Positions 39,521-52,062 of a stretch of DNA of 64,000 bases are shown here, piece by piece. The notes beneath the pieces were generated by a model. The model made no database searches. It was not told the DNA's origin and saw only the letters and a list, made by a program, of their open reading frames with translations. Source of the DNA: Leucoraja ocellata (Eukaryota); the NCBI GenBank assembly GCA_036785375.1, contig JAWMAR010000024.1:5766001-5830000 (forward strand). The letters run 5' to 3'. Both the position numbers and the translations under genes were made by a program. Numbering within the stretch: the stretch's first letter is position 1; each line of letters starts with the position of its first letter.

Positions 39521-42500
39521 GTGAGATGCAACACTTTTAAAGAGGCTACTTTTCAGTTGTGTCTATTATAGACAGTGATTGGCACTTATGTCATTAAATA
39601 AATGTGACATGTATTACATGTGTTCCAGTACCCAGTGGAGGCCAGAATACTTTCACTGTGATCTCTGAGCCAACAATAATGATGCTAATTGTATCTGTCT
39701 TTCAGTGTAAGATGTCATGTGCCTAATCTTTCTGTGACACACTGTGAAATGTTACAGCAATTCACACACTTGGGAATGCTGTGAATGCAAATATGTCATT
39801 CACGAAAAATGACAGACCACCCTCTTCCTTTCCTTCTCAGCTACTTTTTAAGCTACAGGATGTATACAGATCTTTTAAAGTACTATTTCAAAATCTCTAT
39901 ACCATGTTTCAAACAGTGATATAATTCACTAAATAATATGATGAGCAAAACCTGTTAAAAGTAAATAGCTAGTGAAGCGGAATAAACAGTTAACATTTGC
40001 GGTTTGCATTGAAATTGTATGAGGAGCAATATTCTGAATCTTAAAATCAAATTAGTACTTTTAAAATTGTTTTGGTAGTTCAAACAATAAATTGGTGAAG
40101 AATTGGTTTAGTTGAAGGAGTGGTAATTCTAAATGCAAATTGACATTAGAAGATCGGCTACTTTGATTTTTTATCATGAAGCTGTCTCAGCTAAATTACC
40201 GAGTAATCAAATCCATCCTGTGTCTGTTTAATATATTCAATGCCTACAAATCACTTATAAGCCCAGACGTATTCCTTCATCCCTCAACCTTGCTTTATTT
40301 CCTAAAAATTCAGTTTAATAGCTGAGAAAACTTTTAACACTTTCAGTCATTCTGGGTACTGGCATCTAATTAGCATTCCCATTACATGGTTGTTTTGGTG
40401 GCAGAGATGCTGCAGCTGGAATGCTATTGTGCTCTATTCCTCTGTTTGGGGACAAACACTGCTGGGGAAGGAACGTGTGAAAAAGCCACACCATAGTGAC
40501 TGAAAGAGGGAGGCAGTGTTTTCTGTAGGCTTCAAGCTGGGTAGCTGTCATTCATGGCCTCCGTACAGCTAAACAGATCAAAAAAGAGAAGACAGAACCA
40601 CCTTTCAATTTAAAGTCTATTCCTGCCTTTAGGAATAGACTCTAAATTATTTAATTTAGGCATTTTATTTTGCCTATATTTTCTTAAAATCAATCACATA
40701 AATGTTCCACCATGGTGGAATGTACATTTTTGCCTCTTGAATGAGATGTGATCATATGCATTTTGAATTAATAAAAGTATTCTGTGAAATGTACAACTGT
40801 TACTGATCATTGAATAGACATGCCATTCAACAGTGATACTGGGAAAGATCCCCTTGAGTGCTATAGTATGCCAGTTTCTCTGCAGGAGTATAACTCAACA
40901 GGTTCTGTACATTCACAGTCCATTCAATTGCTCATAGGGCTTAATATGTCATATTAGACTACACTGTTTATTTTCTTTATAAAATGTCAATGAAAAGTGT
41001 GCTTTATACTTCTGTATTTCTAACAAAATCTCAGAATGTGATTTTTTTAAATGCATGACATCATGTCTCGGTTTTATTTCTAAACTTGCCTTTCCTTCAA
41101 TTTACTGGGTCCGTACAATGCCCAATATTTGTTGATCATCTGTTTGAGGTTTTCTTTTTTGTTGTATCAAATTGTCTGCAACTCACGCTCTGTGTTGATG
41201 CTTGACCTTTCAAGCTGGGGAATGATAGACATTTTGTGTCTATGCGTTATGCACGTTTATTCCTCATATTGATTTTTACCTCAAAACAATGATTTTTTTT
41301 GCAGCACCTAAGTGTACAATAGATCTAACTATACAAAATAATAGAGAAATAGGAGATGTACTGGAGAATTTGTGTGCCAATTATTATGAAGTATCAAAGA
41401 CAAAGGTTTCCTTGTAATTAAAATTGGGAAGATTCTGATTATTTCTTGAAGACCAGGGTAATTACACAAGGAGAGTGTTCTGAATTATATTAAATTATTC
41501 CCTTACTGCTATCTTCTGAAATGATTTTTATTTTTGAATAACGATGCACTTCTAACACTAACCATAAAATGAGACACAATTGATATTTATTGAGATGGAT
41601 CGCATTGAAGTGACAAAATATGGTTTCGTTTATTTGCAGTAAAATTGTAGATTTTACATATTAGGATTATAGCCATATGTGAAATGAACATAAAAAATAT
41701 TATAATTTTGCTGATTAAAAATTACATAAGAAAAAGTCAAGAATATTGTTTGCATCTGGATGGTGAACTTTCTAGCTTATCTATGTAAAATGCATTTATG
41801 CCATGAAATCATTCCAAATATTTATTTATTTAAAAAAATAATTTATTTGAACCAGCCATATAATTTTAAAATATGTTCATATGTTATAATATATTAATTA
41901 ATAAAAATTAGATTTTGTATGTTTTTATAAGTTTTTGAATATTATTAATTTCTCTCAATATATATTACATTTTATAAATGTTCCTGCCATATATTAGATT
42001 ATTAATTTTGGCTAATTTATATTCAACATTTAAATTTTGTTACCAACTTTCACTATAAAAATATACAACCTGTACTTTCAACATTGGAAGTCTTATTTGG
42101 AGGAAACTTGTCAATTTTTACTTTTTGTCTTTATTGAAGGCAAACCGTTTAACTCTAACAACATGAATTTAAATAAGTATTAAGTTTAATTTGTACAGAA
42201 TGCTATACATTCTTAGGAAGAATTTGAAAAATATTTACATTTCTCTCTTATAATGCATTGTCAGTCTTACTGCAGCAAACATGTAGCATAATTAAAAGAA
42301 AATATAACTGTCTGGTGTTAAGATGTCTTGGAGCTTTGCCTTCACGGGCCATAGAAGTGCTGCCTATAATGGGGACTGTTAATGGAACGATCTTTGTTAG
42401 ACTTGTAAAAGCAGTTTGTGACTTTATCTACAGTATTTGAGGGTGGTTGTTAGGAAGGTGGAAATTTATTGATGCTAATTATTTATTTTTGCATATGGAG

Positions 42501-44099
42501 CTATCAAAGCCATTTATCATTCGGTTCTCATTTACTATTTTTAAGTGATGCAACACCGCCTGACTTCAATGTCACGTTGAATTCTGATTAAAAATGCTGG
42601 AATGCAACATTGTACTGCAGCGTGACCCCTCCTCTCCCCGCCCTGCCAGTACTCCTCCCCCACCTCACCCATCCCTGCTGTCTGGATACACATTTTATGC
42701 CCTTGAACATATTCAGTGAAGTTTCACAATTAAAATGATTTTGAGCAATGCCCTGGGATATCTTTACAATTCTACAGCTGATCTATGTTTCTATGTTTCT
42801 AATCACTTCTGTGCAAGGAACAAGGAAGAAGTGAAATTACTCTCTGAGTTAACAACTACGATTTCCAAGGAAGACTGGTACATATGACATTGTCCACTGA
42901 CTAAACTTTGCTTGGCTGCACCTAGTGAAAATCTGCCAAAAATCCTACATGATAAAATGCTTTTTAGAATGAGGAACCACAGGAATTATTGAGTTCCAAG
43001 TCAACTAGCCTGCCTCTGATGTTACAGGAAGAGGAGAATTTGGAAAGAACATTTAATAGTTCATCAAAAGAATAATATCAATGAAGAAAATTTTATATCA
43101 TTTTTATGTGCAGTACTATTTACGACACCCGTTCAGAAATTTAAACCTGAAGGACTATCATATGTAAAGTGTTCAGGGACTTATTTTTAAGAGTTATGAT
43201 TCGGTGGTATACAAATTATTCTTTGGAGATGACATTAAAAAATGTGTTAGGATTTTAATACACAATCAACCATGTTCATTTGACCCAGTGCTAAAATTCA
43301 ACCTGAGACCTCATTAACATGATTAATGTCACCGGTCAATGCTAACTCCAAGTTTAGTGCACAATCAATGGGCCTGATTTCATGAATGGGTGACATTAAG
43401 TGAAGCTATCTAGCACTGATTGAAAACGCCTGTTACAGGGGAATTGCTTTATGGCTGCAGCTGGTGTGCTAGTTATTTCAAGGGTTTAAAGAGTTTGTTG
43501 GAAATTCAGCTGCAAAGCTTTGAGATTGATTGTCTAAGATAGTTGTTTAGGCTTAGGTTGACGAGAAGCTGAGAAAGGGAGAACCTTTTGTTTTTCATAG
43601 AATGTCACGATTTCCTTCAGGTCAAACGTTAGTGAGAGGAAGCACCAAAGAAGGTCAATGTCAGGAGTCAAATTCCCAAGACATTGTTCAATATCCAAAA
43701 AACTAGTGATCTCATGGGCATGGCCAAGGTTGGTGTACCATCAATTATGGTAATGCAGATAGTGGTGGAATAAGCCACAGCAGAATGGTATAATGAAACT
43801 TTGGTAGTATTTTCCTATTTATATTTTAATGAGGTAGAGATAATCTCTTGTTGGATTCAGTTATTATTTTGCCACTTGTGTGGTACCAATGTTCCTGGTA
43901 TTTTATTAGTATATAAGAAACAAAGTATGCAGGTTAGGTTATATTATAGACATTCTGAAGTCCAACAGACACAAGTTTATTCTGTCCAACCCATCCACAC
44001 AAGACAACCTGGCAATTCCAGGTTGAAATCGAACATTCTCCAAATTTCTTCCAATGTGTTTGGAGACAAATATCTGCATGATATTCCAGATGTAGCCTT

Positions 44100-44232
44100 A
44101 ATCTTCTTCTTTCATATGGCGTGCCTAAAGTTGTAAGACAACTTGTTCTGTTTGATCTTCTGTTTGTGCACGCCAGGTTGATTGCATTCGTCGAAACAGG
44201 GTGGACCACGTGAAGGTTGCAATCTCCACCCC
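44100..44232 (-). mobile_element. Short ribozyme-headed retroposon (SIDE/SINE-like), copy 1
   Basis: Ribozyme head and (GAA)n tail, flanked by the direct repeat tgtagcctt (44091-44099 and 44233-44241). Homologous to 62349-62483. Confidence 0.85.
44180..44232 (-). ncRNA. Minimal HDV/CPEB3-like self-cleaving ribozyme (predicted), 53 nt
   Basis: Minus strand reads GGGGUGG A GAUUGCA ACC UUCACGU GGU CCACCCU GU UUCG A CGAA UGCAAUC. This gives P1 7 bp with G1.U, P2 7 bp, P3 ACC/GGU, L3 UUCACGU, vestigial P4 and J4/2 CGAA. Confidence 0.85.
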
Positions 44233-44724
44233 TGTAGCCTTTATAATGCCTTATAATACAGAAGCATAACTTTAGTGGTATCCTGTTCCTTTTGTGCAGT
44301 TTATTCGCTGATCCTCATATCTTGATTAGCTGAATGCTCAAAAATTTATTGTAGAGAAACACAAGGGTTTGCAATTCTTTCCTAAATACCAGACTCCTCG
44401 TACTGTTACTATGCCCAGAATTTATAGTTTCTCTGCCTTGATGTTTCAGCATCCACTGAGCTCTGCACTCTCAGAATTTTGTATGTCTCAATGAGATCAG
44501 CTCACATTCTTCTAAATTTCAGTAAATTTAGGTCATTTTTCTGCAATCTGTCCTCCTTGGCCTACACCCTCATTCTAGAGATCATTCTACTGAATCTACA
44601 TTCCATTGACTCTGGGGAAAGTATCCTTCCTTTGGCATGGAGGCCAAATCTCACTACCAAATTTCTATTTTCATGTTGTTCAGATTTTACTGCATGCAAG
44701 CACAGTTTACTGCATTTCCGGAGT

Positions 44725-45085
44725 ACACAACGTTCTGGAGTAACTCAGCAGGTCAAGCAGCATCTCTGGAGAGCATGGATAGATGATGTTTCGGGTCAAG
44801 ACCTTTCTTCAGAAACGTCAGAGATTTAGCTCTTTTGACTAAAGGAATCAAGGGATATGGGGAAAAAGCAGGAAAGGGGTACTGATTTTGGACGATCAGC
44901 CATGATCATATTGAATGGCGGTGCTGGCTTGAAGGGTCGAATGGCCTACTCCTGCACCTGCACCTATTTTCTATGGTTTTATGTTTCTATCCACATTCTC
45001 CAGATATGCTGCCTGACCTGCTGAGTTACTCCAGTATTTTGTGCCCTATTGTGCATCAAGCAGCATCCACAGTTCTTTGTTTCTG
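44725..45085. mobile_element. Palindromic Penelope pseudo-LTR unit with a HER1/CR1 3' end (44820-44990) inserted between the arms
   Basis: ctggagtaactcagcaggtcaagcagcatc arm, then LINE tail, then atgctgcctgacctgctgagttactccag arm. Confidence 0.7.
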
Positions 45086-45633
45086 CATGACTAGAGAAAC
45101 TGCATGTTGAATTAAATATTTTGCAATCACACTTGAAGCTTTTGATTGATTGAAAGGTACAATATGGAAACAAGCCCTTCAGTGCTCTGAGTCCATGCCG
45201 ACCATCGATCATCCATTGACATTAGTTCTGTGTTATTCCACTTTTGCATGCATTCCCTACCCACTAGGGGTAATTATCCTATAATCCCTCATGTATTCTG
45301 ACTTTACAATGGAAGAAGGATCATTGACATGTAAAGGAAGATTCTGCATAAATTAAAATGGATTTTGCAAGGGGAAATATTAATAAGATCTTGTTTTTCT
45401 CATTCAATTCAAGGTGTTGATTAATAAATATGCTAAGATCACACAAGATCCCCTTTTCCCTTTTGTAAAAGTTGTTTGTAAAATAGCTGGGGTTTTTTAG
45501 ACAAGTTTTACCAATATTAGCTTTTATTTTCAATTGAATTCAAAATCACATAGCGATAGATGAACTTACACTTCAAGTTTACTAGTCCAGTAACATGATG
45601 GGTCACTACAATTGATAGAAGTCATTACTTAAA

Positions 45634-45868
45634 GTGTGGGAAAGAACTGCAGATGCTGGTTTAAATCAAAGGCAGACACAAAATGCTGGAGTAATTCAGC
45701 GAATCAGGCAGCATCTCTGGAGCGAAGGAATGGGTTGGAGAGAAGAAATGGGTGACGTTTCGGGTCGAGACCCTTAAGAAGGGTCACCCATTTCCTCTCT
45801 TCAACCTGTTCCTTTGCTCCAGAGATGCTGCCTGACCGGCTGAGTTACTCCAGGATTTTGCATCTACC
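45634..45868. mobile_element. Palindromic Penelope pseudo-LTR unit with 14-bp TSD
   Basis: agtcattacttaaa at 45620-45633 and 45869-45882 flanks two inverted arms. Confidence 0.85.
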
Positions 45869-46569
45869 AGTCATTACTTAAATATTTGTTAAGGATGAAA
45901 ATAGGCCAATGTGTGAGGAAGCAAACAAACCAGTGGATGAAGGTAGACAAAAATGCTGGAGAAACTCAGTGGGTGCAGCAGCATCTATGGAGCGACGGAA
46001 ATAGCAACGTTTTGGGCTGAAACCAGTCTCAGGGATGAGTCTGACATTACTCCCCATGCCCCTGCATCCATAACCCACAATCACTCCCAATCTGATTCAA
46101 GTTCCTCTCCTGATTTGTTTATTCTTCAATTCAGGAAGCCAATGGAAGATATTTTGGCCTTTGATGTGTGCCCAGACATAATAGGCTCTGCAAAGATGTG
46201 TTCAATGTCCTGAGTGAGAGAGAGTGGAAGAAGAGTTGATCTTTGGAATATTTCTGTTTGGTTTCTGTTGAATTTGTATCTCAGTTTTCAATCGAAGCAC
46301 TTTAGAATCCCTCATGCTTTTATAAGGCCACTGATTATTTAGATCCATAAATCTGCCACACTGGAGCAGGAGAGAATAATATTAATACTGGTACTTTGTG
46401 GACATATGATTATTACAACCAAATTAAAATAATATACAGTAGATATTTAAACACTATACTTTTCATTTTAATTCGTTTTTGATTTTTTACTTTGAATAAT
46501 GGTAATTTCTTTGCAAAAGATTTTTACTGCCCATGGCTTAAAACATACAGTAACTAAAACAGATCACTT

Positions 46570-46865
46570 GGTTTAGATTTAGAGATGCAGCGTGGAAACA
46601 GGCCCTTCGGCCCACCTAGTCTGCGTAGACCAGCGATCCCCACACATTAACACTATCCTACACACACTTGGAAGAATTTACATTTATACTGAGCCAATTA
46701 ACCTACAAACCTGTACATCTTTGGAGTGTGTGAGGAAACGGAAGATCTCAGAGAAATCTCATGCAGTCGCAGGGAGAACCTATAAACACCGTACAGACAG
46801 CACCCATAGTCAGGATCTGACGCTGGAAGGCAGGAACTATACCGCCGAGCCACTGTGTCGCCCCT
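46570..46865 (-). mobile_element. HE1-type V-SINE
   Basis: ggaaacaggcccttcggccc tail; aacctacaaacctgtacatctttggagtgtg V-domain. Confidence 0.85.
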
Positions 46866-47336
46866 TACAATCACATACATACAGTCAGAACTTAATGTCA
46901 TCTCTGAATAATGTGTGAATGGAACTATTGCTGAATGATTCTTGAAAACCTCTTTTCTATTGCAAAGTTAAGTTGCTTGTGAAATTGACAAAATAACCAT
47001 TCCAAGGTATCAGCGTAACTTCATCAGGGTGACCTCTTCAGCAAATGATTGTTACCCACTCTGTTAAGACTCAATCGTAAAGGCAGAATTACCAGGTGTC
47101 TACGTTGTGATCTGTCTAATAAAACTGAGGAAATGAATAACGGCAAGAATGCATCATTGCAAAGATAAGGGGAGGCGTACAGAAAGATTGTTTAGTCAGC
47201 TTTATATATATGATATAATGGTCACAAAATTGACAGAATTAAACTGAGAAACCTGCATTAATCAAATATATCAAATGCATTCTTGCTGGGCAATTCTTGC
47301 TTGGTACTCGGATATTAGCACTGCCATCTAAATAAT

Positions 47337-47495
47337 TTGGAGTGGCACAGCGGTAGAGTTGCCACCTTACAGCGCCAGAGACCCGGGTTGCTTTGTGTAC
47401 GGAGTTTGTACATTCTCTCTTTGACCACATATGTTTTCTCCGGGTGCTCCAGTTTCATCCCACATTCCAAAGACGTACAGGTTTGTAGGTTAATT
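47337..47495 (+). mobile_element. HE1-type V-SINE, 3'-truncated
   Basis: gtggcacagcggtagagttgcc...ccaaagacgtacaggtttgtaggttaatt. Confidence 0.8.
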
Positions 47496-47664
47496 GTCCC
47501 TAAGGGGATTGCGTCCAATCAGACACTCTCCGAGGGGCGTTGCGGCCAATCACCGACCAGCTTCCCTTACTGAAGCAGAAGATGGCTGCCCCCAACACTG
47601 TGTCTGCTGTTTGCACACAGTGCTAGGCAAAGAGAAATTTCAGGTGTAGGTGTAGTAGTGTGTG

Positions 47665-47900
47665 TAGAGGGAGGGTAGGGAGAGGGGGGAGGGCGAGAGA
47701 GAGAGGGAGGGGGTGGGGTAGAGGGGGGTAGGGAGAAAGAGAGTGAGGGAGGGAGAGGGTGAAAGGAGAGAGAGAGAAAGGAGAGAGAGAGGGAGAGAGA
47801 GAGGGGTGAGAGAGGGAGGGAGAGGGGAGAGAGATAGGGAGGGGGGAGAGGGAGATAGATTCCTTCCTTTCTTCCCTCCTTCTCTCCTTCCTTCCATCCA
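47665..47900. repeat. Purine-rich (GA/GGA) low-complexity tract followed by a pyrimidine tract
   Basis: gagagagggaggg...ttccttcctttcttccctcc. Confidence 0.9.
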
Positions 47901-48619
47901 GCCCCTCAATGTTTCCCCAGGCCATGGGGAAACGTTGCAACCAAATGACTTTCAATTATAAACTTCTGGACAAATGCAAGAAAGCAGCTATGACATATAA
48001 TACACAATAAACGGTATTACAAATACACAATAAACAAGTTATGCATTCTTGTACTCTTACATGGGTTTGACTGCACATTAAAAAAAATAATTCAGCAAAA
48101 GGGCACCGCGTAAAAATACTGATTTCCTCAGCAAAATACTGATTTTCAGGTACCAGAATACTGAAATGCTCTGACAAAACTTGGCAGCTCTGAATATAAT
48201 CATGATATCGGCAAACTACAAAAAAAACCCTAAAAATCCAGGAGCTAAGGCGGGCCCCTGGCTCACACTCCGTCAGCCAGAGTAAGATTTTTAATTTTCA
48301 AATGTTGGCAGGTATGACATATGTTCATGGCAGAAAAGAGCTGTTATGGTGTCAGAGAAGTTAGGACCAACCCATCACCACTATCCAACCAACCCCAGTC
48401 ACATCAAGGTCAGCCAAATTTCAACCAAGTTTTCCCTAAAACAGTAAATTCCATTTAAATCTCTGATTGCTATTTGCATTGTGGTTTAGAGATTAATGTG
48501 ACTGCAAGATCAGTGCAGAAGTGTGTAATCAACGCTTTAGTTGCTAAATCTGGACTGTGACCAATCTCCATAGTTTCTATGATCCTAACTCCATGTTACA
48601 TTGATATAGGATCACAGAT

Positions 48620-48910
48620 TCATGCAGAGTGGAAACAGGCCCTTTGGCCCACTGAGTCCACACAGACCATCGATCACCCATTCACACTGGTTCTATGTTA
48701 TCCCACTTTCTCATCTAGTCCCTACACGTCAGGGGCAATTTACAGCAGCCAATTAACCTATAAACCTGCATGTGTTTGTGATGTGGGAGGAACCCCAAGC
48801 GGTCAAGGGAAATTGTGCAAACCTCATACATAGAGCACTCGAGGTCAGTTTCAAACCCAGATCTCTCTGCGCTATGAGGCAGCGACTCTACCAGCTGCTC
48901 CACTGCGTTA
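48620..48910 (-). mobile_element. HE1-type V-SINE
   Basis: ggaaacaggccctttggccc tail through gaggcagcgactctaccagctg head. Confidence 0.8.
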
Positions 48911-49104
48911 CCCCTCACTCCCTTGTATTTTGGCATCAGACCAGAGGAAGTTTGGCTTTGGAGATGGTACAGTGTAGATTCATCAGGATGATGCAAGAGG
49001 GTAGAGTGTTAAATGGTGAGAGCAAAGACTTGGTTTGCATTCTTGAGTTTAGAAGGTTGAGTACCGAACTAATCAAGATGTATAAAAATGATCAAGGAAT
49101 CATT

Positions 49105-49410
49105 CAGGTGGCACATTGGCGCAGCGGTAGAGTTGCTGCCTTACAGCGCCAGAGACCTGGGTTCAATCCTGACTATGCGTGCTGTCTGCACGGAGTTTGT
49201 TTACCTGTGACCACGTGGGTTTTCTTTGGGTGCTCCAGTTTCCTCCCACATTCCAAAGACATACAGGTTTGTAGGTTAATTGGCTTTGGCAAGTTGTAAG
49301 ATTGACCCTGGTGTGTAGGATAGTGTTATTCTACGCGGTGATCGCTAGTCAGTATGGACTTGGTGCGCCGAGGGGCCTGTTTCTGCACTGTATCTCTAAA
49401 GTCTAAAGAA
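49105..49410 (+). mobile_element. HE1-type V-SINE inserted in a CR1 remnant (48920-49615)
   Basis: tggcgcagcggtagag A-box, gggttcaatcc B-box, V-domain and tail. Confidence 0.85.
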
Positions 49411-51029
49411 TTTAACTGGAAAAATGCAGAACAGTGATTTGTTCTGGGGATAGTCCAACATAAGAGTGTACGATCAAGACATTATTTTCACCACATTTAG
49501 ACGTGAAGGGGTCTAGGAAATTTGATACTTGCTATTCTTGAATTCAATGGTGATGAAGCAATTTAAAGTTTTATGATTCAGATTGTTAGATTTTTAAGGT
49601 GCAAGGATTTCAAGGAAGTAAGACAAAAATGCTGGAGAAACTCAGTGGGTGAGGCAGCATCTATGGAGCGAAGGAAGTAGGCAACGTTTCGGGCCAAAAA
49701 CATTCTTTCAAAGAAGTAAAATGTGTTTTGGTTCATATCAGCTACAATCTAATTAAAAAATTGAAGGGTCTTAAAGGGGCTGAATCGCCTAGTCCTATTT
49801 CTAATTCCCATGCTAATGGATCTCAGAGCAGTGAACTCTTCAATAACCTTTTACCAGTCAATATCTCTTTAAACTGCATGCCTCCTATTTGGGAGCAGAG
49901 AAGTCTGCATCTGTGTAATCAGGCAAACACTCTCCTACAACCAGTTAATCCTTTATTAAGTAGAACTGAAGAGGGAATCTCCACTCTCCAAACATTTAAG
50001 TTTGGAAACAGCTTCATAGTGACCTCCTAACTTGAAGTATAATGCACTCTCACAGAGAGAAAGTAGGTTTCAGTAGTAATTGTGGTTCCCCACTTGAGTC
50101 CCATTGTTAACACCTCACTCATTATCATTATTCTTCCCTTCAGCTGAATAGATAGGATATTTACTTATGAGTATGCCTAAAGAATTAAATGCTTCTATTA
50201 ACTCTGTTTTTGGATGCGATTTGAATATTTAAACTAAACCAGACATGACTTTGAATCACATGTAATTTAACCCTACTTGCTTTAGTTACCCAAGCTTTTT
50301 ATTTTTTCTTCGAACATGAGATATAAGAGAAGAAATAAACTATACAACTTCTTAAGCCTACCACACCTTTCATTACGATGCAAGAATGGATTTGTCTCTT
50401 CTTTTACGCCTGTGCCTATTATTCTTGATTCTTTCGTAACTCCTAAATCTTTTGGTTCAATCCTGCTTGACTCAGCATATTGCACCTCTGCAATCCCTTT
50501 ATCAAACCACTTAAAGGATAAATTGACCTTGACTGTGGTACACTGTAGATTCATCAGGATGATGTAAGGACATGTACAATTAAATGGCGAGGACAGTTCG
50601 CAAAAGTTTGGTTTACTTTCTTGACTTTAGAGCTTGAAGGCTGATCTAACTGGAATATACAAAAATTATTAAGGTATTCAATTAGGAAGAAATTATGGGA
50701 GTTGAGAGTCTAACTGCTGTGGCTGTCCTGCAAGACAAACTGCCCCGTAAGCAATGGCAAGGTCTTGTGCCATATTGTCAAAGATCGTTCAATTGTTTCT
50801 AAATGTACCTGTTAAAGACATTTGAAAATAGGTGAGATAGATATAAATAATTGAAAATTAATGCTTGGAAATTAAAAGTAATTTTGTTTAAAACTTACTT
50901 AAATTAAAAATTAATTAAACCATTAAAATAAGGAAAGAAAAATGGCATGCAGTTACATTCTACATCCAGGTTGGTGACCCTGTTTTAATGGAATGAGGTT
51001 GCTAGGGCAAATAGCTTTTTTGCTCAATA

Positions 51030-51325
51030 GTAGTGGCGCAGCAGTAGTGTTGCTGCGTTCCAGTGACCCGGGTTCGATCCTGACTAAGGGTGCTGTCTGT
51101 ATGGAGTTAGTACGTTCTCTCTGTGACCTGCGTGGGTTTTCTCCTGGAGCTCCGGTTTCCTCCCACACTCCAAAAACGTACAGATTTGTAGGTTAATTGG
51201 CTTGGTAAAATTGTAACTTGTCCCTAGTGTGTTGGATAGTGTAAGTATGCAGAGATCACCAGTCGGCGCAGCCTGTGTGTTAAAGGGCTTATTTATGCTC
51301 TGTATCTCTAAACTAAACTTAACTT
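51030..51325 (+). mobile_element. HE1-type V-SINE
   Basis: gtggcgcagcagtag, gggttcgatcc, ctgcgtgggttttctcc.ggagctccggtttcctcccac. Confidence 0.85.
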
Positions 51326-52062
51326 TGATTCTATTTGTTTAAATAGGAGGGTATCTCCTTTTGAAACGATAGGCAAGGGCAAGTAGTCTTTTACTATTTT
51401 AACAATTTTAATGTTTCTAAATCACTTTTAAGTTTTCTGCTATTTAATCTATTTCAATAGCCTTTGAATGTTTCTGATGAGCTGTAATATATTATCAGGT
51501 GTTGGATCTCACACTCCAAAGCTGCAGCTTCCACAATGTATGGAGCATGTTCTGCATTGAGGGAGGCCTCAGCTGGCCAGCCTTCCCCAGCAACTGTGTG
51601 AGCTCTTGGCCCACTGTTGCAGCAACCACATTGACTCTGCATGCAGGTTGATGTTACTGTTGTGTGACCAGAGCCCTCTGTTCCATGGTGCAAAGGCACA
51701 CGGTTCAAGTTGGATATTGTACGCTACCTATGCTCAGAAGTGTCCAACTGTGGTAGAGCCGTTAATCGCCTCTGTAAATCGCCCCAGGAGTGCTGGGAGT
51801 GGATAGCATAGAACTAGTGTGAATGGGTGATAAATGGTCGGCATGAACATGGTAGGTCGTAGGGCCTGTTTCGATGCTGTGTCTCTAAAATTTATAAATA
51901 AATAATATTGCACTTCAATTCGGTTGCGTGCCATGTAAATGCTGCGATAGATTTTCAAGGCTTGTTATAAATGTCTCTTCCGATTCAGCGTAGCATCAGA
52001 TCTCATAACTGGAATAAAGGTCATTTAAAAAAAAAACGATCATGTGATAATTATTGAGCAAA

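Noticed and set aside
42778-42890. Candidate next DCDC1 exon after ttctacag
   Set aside because: The phase 0 frame hits TGA quickly, it contains the CR1 tail microsatellite tatgtttc, and it does not resemble the expected peptide.
48772-49299. 175-aa ORF
   Set aside because: Runs across SINE and CR1 remnants; chimeric and non-coding.
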